Source: Candidatus Latescibacterota bacterium (GTDB lineage: Bacteria; Latescibacterota; UBA2968; GCA-2709665). From it: a DNA stretch of 64,000 nucleotides. This document shows positions 57,201 to 64,000 of this stretch, piece by piece. The stretch spans positions 25,556 through 89,555 of the forward strand of contig CAXXJS010000017.1 in assembly GCA_963662665.2 (NCBI GenBank), in the 5' to 3' direction. How positions within the stretch are numbered: the first letter of the stretch is position 1; each line of letters starts with the position of its first letter. The position numbers and the translations under genes are program-made. The notes beneath the pieces are model-generated. The model saw nothing but the letters and a program-made list of their open reading frames with translations, made no database searches and was not told the origin of the DNA.

Positions 57201-57952
57201 CCGGCGATATCAACGGCGACGGCAACCTCGAAGTCATCGCCGCCGTGGAATCGTGGCGCTATCACGCCCTCACACACGACGGTAATGAACTCTGGCGCCA
57301 GATGACCGTCCGCCCGTCGTCCACCGGCTGCGCCGCCGACCTGGACGGCGACGGCCGGGAGGAAGTTGTCGCAGGGACCGACTACCATCGCTGGCACTGC
57401 ATCGACGGTAGCGGCGAAATCCGGTGGTCCTATCATCCAGCCACGGGCCCGCGCGCCAACGGCGCCGCGGCTGGCGACGTGGACGGTGACGGTCTGATGG
57501 AAGTCGCCTTCGCGGGCGCGGACACCCACGTCCACCTTCTCAAGGCCGATGGCACGCTTATCTCGCAATTCAACACGGGAGATGAAGTCACCCGCGTACT
57601 GATGTTCGACGTTGACGGCGACGGCCTGGACGAAATTGTCGCATCTTCCATGAGTTTCAACGTCTACGTGGTCAGGGGCGACGGCAGGACGCTGCACTGG
57701 CGCGCCGACCTCGGCGAAGTCGTCCGCTGCATCGCCGCCGCGGACTTCAACGGCGACGGAAAACCCGAAATCGCCGCGGGCGTCGAGGATGGTACCGTGT
57801 ACCTCCTCGCCAACGCGGACGGACGTCCCCTCGGCCGCTTTCAGGCCGGCGGACCTATCCTGGACATTGTCCCCGCGGACGTCGACGGCGATGGCATTCC
57901 GGAAATCGTGGTCTGCGCGGAGGACGGCTTTCTGCATGTATTCAAGGCGTAA
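54266..57952 (+). CDS. Multidomain heparinase-like lyase with C-terminal FG-GAP/beta-propeller repeats
   Basis: N-terminal SGATLPV/LILLGN domain, HNHAT, GHKHYDGNSI, FHNGV, then about seven D(L/V/I/F)(D/N/E)GDG..E repeats. Start 54266 or 54281. Confidence 0.72.
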   Translation: MPQRRMSLKNLRQPKPLYPDTVLVEHGRAASAIVTPSDDRYVAVAEAIRRKVRDVSGATLPVIPHSAAAVTPRRHLILLGNVNTNRAVFRLYGYSYTPADDHYPGYGGHLLHTIHDPWGNGRNAVGLFGSDLSGVEAAAGLLLERLKAGPTLALGPLFDVKWGPDALQDAGIPEEPDVDAEMAEAEEDLKRGSHTGLWGRIGQRGLLYGLTGNDVYAEIYKRLVFRMYDHVLSDPDNYGSVWGFDADFALQYVIPGWDLVEESPAISDEDRLRITRILFEFITDCVSHVGDVENERVRHNHATYAALGLHYAGAYFKKYYRATQAYRWLALSEGCFRVQVNAFKPYEDCGHYQWRTHFHAMRYTLSSGDTTFFDTGNAQRAGDYAILTTDNLGCAVPNGDTASPFGTWTEVPYLRAMVCVTGDGRYQWMLDKKKAMASRSHPYEHSRDVEPVEPTDLEGAQVYPVDPGYYDSTNGSDHLPLDKTFDKVVFRDGFAPENQYLFLDGLSNGGHKHYDGNSICRLTQNSRIWLADCDYIKSLPKFHNGVLIFKDGQSAEIPPFAELERFQANKNTGFSQTTLRSYSGVDWRRNILWNRGAFFLVIDEMEALGEAEYSFRAVWQTLGDVQRSHGGIAVEQNGERFFIHGLQGPVLRLEDDAVTGKNWERYSHAEPVIRILQQIVDVHLKKNEAYRFFNLLYCGPMKLEMTQVLETAVRIDGGPETVFAGVGETRTATGLPSGPSVAAAQFQISPRDFVIVDGTEVSWEDTSFRSDRPVSLEYDLSAAQGTLVTSGPTTITLSAGKGTEVEVDGKPIDADFSNGAVTFRAPEGRHGLALMPPALSGLRRAAAAKITPQFASRFRTSRRRGRIPDLPVLWSKREDDALLSVQSADLDGDGKDEIAAGGRTGSIHTYKDGASLWRYPTGGVVRSVCAADLENDGRPEIIAGSEDTRVYVIDAKGALKWDFKIPFYFQDPIVRSVFTGDINGDGNLEVIAAVESWRYHALTHDGNELWRQMTVRPSSTGCAADLDGDGREEVVAGTDYHRWHCIDGSGEIRWSYHPATGPRANGAAAGDVDGDGLMEVAFAGADTHVHLLKADGTLISQFNTGDEVTRVLMFDVDGDGLDEIVASSMSFNVYVVRGDGRTLHWRADLGEVVRCIAAADFNGDGKPEIAAGVEDGTVYLLANADGRPLGRFQAGGPILDIVPADVDGDGIPEIVVCAEDGFLHVFKA

Positions 57953-58027
57953 CGGAACCTGCCGATCGCCGCTCGCGGCAACGGGCGCGTCGATCGCCGC
58001 GCGGCTCTGAATTCACCTCACGCCGGC

Positions 58028-58693
58028 TCAATCCTCGCTGAGGATGCCCCGGACCATTTCCTCCAGATGGTCCGTCCGGCCGAACGTCACGTCCCTGAGG
58101 ATGCCCTTCCGGTCGACCAGGATGGTGGACGGGGTCCCGCGAAGGGCGAACTTTTCGAACGTCTCCGCCGAATATTCCTTCGTCCTCAGGTAGTCCTTCA
58201 CCCGCTGTATGATCTCCACCCTGTAGTTCTCGGGCCGAGAGTCGAAGTCGGGTATCTGCGGATAGATCAGGTCCATTATCGCATCGCGGCCGGGTTCGCC
58301 GGACGTCCTCGTCAAGCTGTCTATACCGAGCGGAAACGGGATTGTGTAGGGCAACCTGTCTCCCTCCCGCAACTGTCCGCTCATTTCAATCGCTTTTCTG
58401 GTCTCCCCGATCACCTGGCCGGTCTCGGCCAGGAGCCTGAGGTTGTCCAGCGTGTTTTTGTCGAAGTCCTCAAAGGCTGTGGCCAGTCCAATGACGCGCA
58501 CCCCGTTGCCCTTGTATTTGTTGTGTACACGGATCGCTTCGGGAATGGCATACAGGAAGCATCCGGGACAATTGACCTGGAAGACTTCGAGCACCACAAT
58601 GTGATCCCGCTCGCGGTCGAAGTTGGTGGGGGCGCCCTGCACCCAGCTCGAGACGCCGAAGTTGGGCGCCGTCTGTCCTGTTTTTGCAGTCAT
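58028..58693 (-). CDS. Thioredoxin-fold redoxin (TlpA/AhpC-like)
   Basis: FQVNCPGC, GLATAFE, RGTPSTILVDRKG. Confidence 0.85.
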   Translation of the reverse strand: MTAKTGQTAPNFGVSSWVQGAPTNFDRERDHIVVLEVFQVNCPGCFLYAIPEAIRVHNKYKGNGVRVIGLATAFEDFDKNTLDNLRLLAETGQVIGETRKAIEMSGQLREGDRLPYTIPFPLGIDSLTRTSGEPGRDAIMDLIYPQIPDFDSRPENYRVEIIQRVKDYLRTKEYSAETFEKFALRGTPSTILVDRKGILRDVTFGRTDHLEEMVRGILSED

Positions 58694-58895
58694 TCTTCGT
58701 GGACTCCTTTCACCATTGAACGTATAAGGGTTAAGTCAACGGGCAAATTCCGCCCACGGCGGGCAGTCGAGAACCCTCTTGCGCAGAAAGCCGCCCGGCG
58801 TGAATATTATGAGGTCCCGCGGGTTCACCCGCCCGGGCCGGTAGCGTCGTACACGTTGATTCACCCCGGTCATCCTCACGCCAAAGGAAATCACC

Positions 58896-60110
58896 ATGAA
58901 AATCACCGACGTCGAAATCATCCCGATCTACCCGAAAATCGCAGCACGGAATGCCGATCAGAAGACTCGCTTCATCAACCTGAACCACCGAACCATTTTC
59001 AAGATCACAACGGACAACGGCATCGTCGGGTACGGCGACGCGCGCTGTGAAGCGCCCGACAGATCGACCGTGGACCACGTTGTCGGACACGACCCGTTCG
59101 ACTTCATCAACGCCAATCTGAATTCGGGCCTGATGGGGGCGCTGTACGACGCCATGGGCAAGCATCTGGAGATTCCCGCGTACAAACTCATGGGCCAGAA
59201 GATACGCGACCGGGTACCCGTGGCCGCGTGGACCCGGCCCGCGTCGCCGGAAGACCTGGCCAAAGACGTCCAGCGGGCGGTTGGCGAAGGATACATGATC
59301 TTCAAGATCCATACGTGCGCCTATTACGACGTCATTGAACAGACCCGGGCCGTGGAGGAGGTGGCGCCGCCGGCATTCAAGATGCACTACGATTTCAATC
59401 ACAACCGGCCGGTTGCCGCCGTCCTGCGAATCCTGAAGGAATTGGAAGGCTCGCCCGTGGTCGGGATGATCGAGGACCCCCTCGTCCTGTCCGACGTGGA
59501 AGGGTGGCGCCTGCTGCGGCAGAAGACCAACTTCCCGCTGCTGATGCACGTCCCGCAACTCGGCGGCGGGCAGGAAATCATCAGGGGTTGCGCCGACGCG
59601 TATATGATCGGCGAAGGCGGAATCGGGCCCACCATCGTGCGCGGATTTGCCGCGGCCCTGGCCAATGTCTCATCGGTCATCCAGCTCACGGGCGGCACGC
59701 TGACCAAGGCGATGGCGCTGCATATGGGCGCCGTGATTCCAAACGTCGCCCATTGTACGAACCTGGACGACCAGTACGATCAGGACGTTGTCAAACAGCG
59801 GATCGAGGTGGCGGCCGGATCGTCTCCCATACCGGAGGGACCCGGCCTCGGCATCGAGGTCGACGAAGGCGCCCTGGCCGAATGCGCGGCCAACAAACCC
59901 ACGGTTATCCCAAACACGATCGGCATTCTGCACCTGCCCGGCGGGAACAGACTATACACGAAAGGGTTTCCCAACGTGCCCCGCCTCACGGGATTTCCCG
60001 AAGGCAATACCCGGGGCATCCGCCTGGAAGTGTGGGAAGACGACGGCACCGGGGCGTTTCAGGAGACACTGGCGCGCATTGAACAGAACGGTCCGTTCAT
60101 GGAGAATTAG
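58896..60110 (+). CDS. Mandelate racemase/muconate lactonizing (enolase superfamily) protein
   Basis: MKITDVE, TDNGIVGYG, ALYDAMGK...P.YKLMG, KIH, DFN, IEDP, GPGLGIEVD. Confidence 0.88.
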   Translation: MKITDVEIIPIYPKIAARNADQKTRFINLNHRTIFKITTDNGIVGYGDARCEAPDRSTVDHVVGHDPFDFINANLNSGLMGALYDAMGKHLEIPAYKLMGQKIRDRVPVAAWTRPASPEDLAKDVQRAVGEGYMIFKIHTCAYYDVIEQTRAVEEVAPPAFKMHYDFNHNRPVAAVLRILKELEGSPVVGMIEDPLVLSDVEGWRLLRQKTNFPLLMHVPQLGGGQEIIRGCADAYMIGEGGIGPTIVRGFAAALANVSSVIQLTGGTLTKAMALHMGAVIPNVAHCTNLDDQYDQDVVKQRIEVAAGSSPIPEGPGLGIEVDEGALAECAANKPTVIPNTIGILHLPGGNRLYTKGFPNVPRLTGFPEGNTRGIRLEVWEDDGTGAFQETLARIEQNGPFMEN

Positions 60111-60167
60111 ACGTTAAGCCAAAGCATTGCGTTGTGCCTCGCTGAATCGTATCGAACAGGAGTTGTC

Positions 60168-62882
60168 ATGCCGCTTCTCAACGTCGAACGCGCGCGTGAA
60201 AACGTGCGCCGCCATACCTGGGCGCAGGCCATCGTCGAAGGCTGGAAGAAAGAGGTCGACTACCTCATCCGCCAGGACCGGGAATTCGTCGAAGCGATGA
60301 TGCCGGAACTCACGCCGTGGCCGGAGTACGGCCAGAACTGTCCCGCCTGCGTGGACCGTCTCTCATCCATGGGCGAAACCGGTATCTACGACTGGGACCC
60401 GACCGATCCGGACCGGCTTGTCTGCAGGTACTGCAACACCGAGTACCCCAACGCCGATTATCCGGAGACCGGCAGCGTTACCGCACCAGGAATGAACCAG
60501 ACCTTCACCTTCTATCTCACCGATGCGGAACGCGCACACCCGGAAGACCGGTCGGGCAAACACGCGTTCAAATGGGTCCGCACGCCCGTGCACACAAGCT
60601 GGACCGGCGTCATCCGTGCGAAGAAAAGCCGCTGGTGCTTCGAAAAGATGCTGCCTCTGGCCAAGCTGTACGCGCTCACCGGCGACGTTCGCTACGCGCA
60701 GTGGAGCGCGTGGATCATGGACTGCATGGCGCGGCGGTATCCCAACTGGCTGTTCCACTCCTACGACGGCACGGTTGCGGACTGTCCGCCGGCAGAGGCC
60801 GCGGCATCCATGGGCAAATACCCCCCCGCCGGCCGGTTCCCCGCAGAAACCATCATCACTGCCTTTGACGGCCGCCACCGGGTGGGTGACCACGCCGTAC
60901 TCAACAACGGCTTCTGGGGGGCCGGACGCATCGGGTGCAGCGGGTCCGACGGGCGGTACATTCTCTCGGTCACGCTGGCCTACGAAGTGGTTGGGAGCGC
61001 CCGGCATGCGGACGGTTCACCCGTCGTCACGCCTGAAATGGACCGGCGTATCGTGGACGACCTGATACTGGCCGGCTGCGCAGACACCGAAAACTGGAAT
61101 GACATCAACAACAAATGCGGTCCCGGAAGGGCGCTCAGCGCCGCGGTGGGTATTCTGTTCGGGAAACCGGAGAGCGTCCGTCGCGCCATCGAGGGTTTTG
61201 AGGCCCTTATGGAAGATGCCTTCCATTTTGACGGCTTCTGTACGGAGTCACCGAGTTATTCCAGCATGCATCTCAATCAGTTGCAGGATATACCCGAACT
61301 GCTGAACGGATACTCGGACCCCGACGGATACGATCCGAAAACCGGCGCCGCAATAAGGAGCCTGGATCCGTTTCAACACTTCGACCGCTACCGTCTGGCG
61401 CTGGAGAGCATGGTCCGCATGCTGGACCCGAACCTGGAGGAGCCGGTCATCGGAGACTCAAGGGAAGGCCGGAGCATCGAACCCATTTACGCCGAGATTC
61501 TGGCCGCCCACTACGGCAGCCGCTACGCCGGTCTGCTGGAGAAGTCTCAGGGGGCGCCGCTGTCGGAAAGAGGAGAGGAATATGCCCTCTGGCACCGGGA
61601 CCCCGATCTGAGGGTGGACGATGAAACCGGCCTGCCGCTGCATAGCGAGTGGTTTCCCGGCTGGCACGTTGGCGTTCTGCGTGCGGGGAATCCAGCGGGG
61701 CATACCGCGTTTTATCTCAACGGCTACGCGTACGGCGGCCATCGCCACCGGGATACCCTGGGCATTATCTATATCGCGCATGGCCGGGAGATGGCGGCCG
61801 ACAGGGGATATATCTGGGATGACCCCAGGAATGCCTGGACCGGCAGCACGCTCGCCCACAACATCGTCACCGTGGACGGCCGGAACCAGGCCGGCGACAA
61901 CAAGCCCGCCGCACTGGAACTGTTCGGTACTGGCGCGGGCGTTGAAGTCGTGCAGGCATCCGCCGCGCCTTACGAGCAGTGCGATCTGTACCGTCGCACA
62001 TGTGTGCTGGTACAGGTCCCCGGCGATCAGACCTATGTCGTCGACCTCTTCCGGGTGCGCGGCGGCAGCCTCCACCAGTACGGCTTCCACAGCAACGGCC
62101 GCCTGACCGGCATTTCCGGCGCCGACCTGAAACCCGCGGACGAACCCATCGAATGGCTGGCCAACGTCCGCACCGACCGTCCTCAAGGCCCATTCAGGGC
62201 TACGTGGGAACACCACGACGTGCGATTGGACCTCACCCTCTTAAACCCCATCCATCGTCTGCTTCTCGCGGACGCGCCGGGGTGGCGGTCGGACCTGGGG
62301 GAGGAACTCAACGCCCCTCCGGTACAACAGATAATGGCGGAACGCAGCGGCGACAGGCAACTGACCAGCCAATATGCGGCGGTGATTTCACCCTTCGTGG
62401 ATCGTTCGCCCGTCCAGTGTTCCCGCCTTCTCGTGGACGATCCGGACACAGGCGCGATGGCAGTTGCCGTCCGTCGCCAGGGATGTACGGACTTCATCCT
62501 TTCCGCGCCGGAGGGCGGCGTCCATCACATCGGGCCGCTATCCGTCACAGGCCGGTTCGCCTTCGCATCCGTGGATAACGTCGGCCGCGTACTTCGCGCC
62601 TATCTGCTGCGCGGTACCGAAATTCGCTGCAACGGGCACGCACTGACCGTCGACAGGGTGGAGGTCTCCCTCGAGGTCGACCGCGTCTGTGACCGCACCT
62701 ACCACCTCCGCAGCGCCGTGCCCGACCCCGATACCCTTCCGGGCACGTATCTGCTGGGCGGCGATACCGGGTACGAAATCGAGGACGCCACGGGAGCATC
62801 CATTACCGTACGCGACTACCCCGCCACCGAATGCGATACCGTCACGCTGCTCAAGTCCGCCGAGTACGTAAAGGAAGACTGA
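60168..62882 (+). CDS. Heparinase II/III-like protein with N-terminal CxxC..CxxC insert
   Basis: CPAC...CRYC, LAKLYALTGD..YA, DGFCTESPSY, GHRHRDTLG, D.GY, AHNIVTVDG, VDLFRV.GG. Confidence 0.78.
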   Translation: MPLLNVERARENVRRHTWAQAIVEGWKKEVDYLIRQDREFVEAMMPELTPWPEYGQNCPACVDRLSSMGETGIYDWDPTDPDRLVCRYCNTEYPNADYPETGSVTAPGMNQTFTFYLTDAERAHPEDRSGKHAFKWVRTPVHTSWTGVIRAKKSRWCFEKMLPLAKLYALTGDVRYAQWSAWIMDCMARRYPNWLFHSYDGTVADCPPAEAAASMGKYPPAGRFPAETIITAFDGRHRVGDHAVLNNGFWGAGRIGCSGSDGRYILSVTLAYEVVGSARHADGSPVVTPEMDRRIVDDLILAGCADTENWNDINNKCGPGRALSAAVGILFGKPESVRRAIEGFEALMEDAFHFDGFCTESPSYSSMHLNQLQDIPELLNGYSDPDGYDPKTGAAIRSLDPFQHFDRYRLALESMVRMLDPNLEEPVIGDSREGRSIEPIYAEILAAHYGSRYAGLLEKSQGAPLSERGEEYALWHRDPDLRVDDETGLPLHSEWFPGWHVGVLRAGNPAGHTAFYLNGYAYGGHRHRDTLGIIYIAHGREMAADRGYIWDDPRNAWTGSTLAHNIVTVDGRNQAGDNKPAALELFGTGAGVEVVQASAAPYEQCDLYRRTCVLVQVPGDQTYVVDLFRVRGGSLHQYGFHSNGRLTGISGADLKPADEPIEWLANVRTDRPQGPFRATWEHHDVRLDLTLLNPIHRLLLADAPGWRSDLGEELNAPPVQQIMAERSGDRQLTSQYAAVISPFVDRSPVQCSRLLVDDPDTGAMAVAVRRQGCTDFILSAPEGGVHHIGPLSVTGRFAFASVDNVGRVLRAYLLRGTEIRCNGHALTVDRVEVSLEVDRVCDRTYHLRSAVPDPDTLPGTYLLGGDTGYEIEDATGASITVRDYPATECDTVTLLKSAEYVKED

Positions 62883-63005
62883 CGCCAGCGCTGTGACCTC
62901 TCCCCCCGCCCCGTGCGGTTTCATTTCGTGCCGGTGGCATAAAGGAAGAACCAATCGGGCAAGGATGTCTTCTCACGGCTCCCGTCTTCCCTCTCCCCGC
63001 CTTTA

Positions 63006-63869
63006 TTACAGATTTACAAACCGTGACAACGCCCGCTTCTGTCCGGCCACGTCCAGAATTCTGCGGATGATCAGGCTCTCTTTGCGGTCGATCGCGGGTT
63101 TTCCGGATTCGAACAGATCCAGTATGGCATCCGCGGTGTTCAGAAAGATGCGGCCGGAGTCGACCTGGAAGTGGCGTGTGGCCGTGGTAGTGGTCACCGT
63201 AGCCGCAAACGGAGTGCTCGACCCTGTATACACGTTCACAACCGCGGTGCGTCCTCCCGTGTAATCCAGCAACAGCTGCGATTGTTTTCCGGCGCCACGG
63301 CGCATTACCCGTTGCACGCCCGGACCCATACAGCTGACGGCCAATTCCAGTGGATGGATCGCGTATTCGCCGAAGGACCTGCCGCCGCCCCAGGTCACCA
63401 TATGCCGGACCTGCCTGCGCCCGACTTCCTCTACGTAGACCTGTGCTTCGGTATAGCGAAGAGCGGAGGTGGTTTGCATGGGTACCCGATTCGTGTCCGC
63501 CAGCGCGAAGATACGCCTGGCCGTATGCAGGTCCGGGGCAAAGGTCTTGTCCACGTACGTGGGCTTACCGAAAGGAAATACCTGTTGGCACAACTCGACG
63601 TGCGTCTCCGGGGTCGAAGGCGCAAGTACCATGAAGCAGTCCACCGCCTCGTTCAACCCGGCCGCGTCGGAGAACCAGGGAACGCCGTTCACCTCGGCCC
63701 ACTTCCTTCCGGCTCGCGGCCGCAATCCGGTGCATCCCGCCACCACAAAACCGCGGTGCTTCAGTTCATTCCGAAGAAGCTTCAGGTACACGTTGGAATG
63801 AAAGTTTTCCAGGTTGTCATCCACGAACCCGATCCGCGTTTGTCCTTCGGTCATTCGTCTTTTCTCCAT
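63006..63869 (-). CDS. Gfo/Idh/MocA-like oxidoreductase
   Basis: RIGFVD, H..L....F..GKPTYVDKTFA, TSALRY, YAIH. Confidence 0.78.
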   Translation of the reverse strand: MEKRRMTEGQTRIGFVDDNLENFHSNVYLKLLRNELKHRGFVVAGCTGLRPRAGRKWAEVNGVPWFSDAAGLNEAVDCFMVLAPSTPETHVELCQQVFPFGKPTYVDKTFAPDLHTARRIFALADTNRVPMQTTSALRYTEAQVYVEEVGRRQVRHMVTWGGGRSFGEYAIHPLELAVSCMGPGVQRVMRRGAGKQSQLLLDYTGGRTAVVNVYTGSSTPFAATVTTTTATRHFQVDSGRIFLNTADAILDLFESGKPAIDRKESLIIRRILDVAGQKRALSRFVNL

Positions 63870-64000
63870 TCTAAGGCCACGCGGGCGCGGCGGCCACCTG
63901 TACGATACCGCCTCGATCGACGGATTGGTGCAACGCGTCCAGGACAGCCGTTGCGCGCCATCCGTCCAGCGCCGTGACGAAAGGCGTCCGATCCTCGATC

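Overview
High-GC bacterial chromosome segment. Gene content (UBact, dockerin/EF-hand-tailed secreted protein, several heparinase-like lyases, many palindromic repeats) suggests a Latescibacterota/Handelsmanbacteria-like organism; this is inference only. Left to right: (1) a complete UBact-proteasome operon (arc, dop, ubact, prcB, prcA, pafA); (2) a visibly AT-richer two-gene island (AAA_14/DUF4143 ATPase plus a 1360-aa STAND/NACHT NTPase with a C-terminal PD-(D/E)xK nuclease) behind a leaderless promoter containing a perfect palindrome, bounded on the right by a decayed tRNA-Leu and a truncated homocysteine methyltransferase; (3) sugar-acid catabolism and secreted proteins; (4) gltB, ferredoxin, a frameshifted nitrite/sulfite reductase, moaA; (5) purA, serA, engB, clpX, clpP, tig; (6) a tetraether synthase (Tes/GDGT-MAS)-like radical SAM gene; (7) a polysaccharide/glycosaminoglycan degradation region. 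The most unusual signals are a ~175-nt structured non-coding element present twice with a compensatory base change (upstream of arc and of gltB), the operator-controlled double ATPase-nuclease cassette, and the Tes homologue. Family assignments come from motif recognition by eye; no searches were run.
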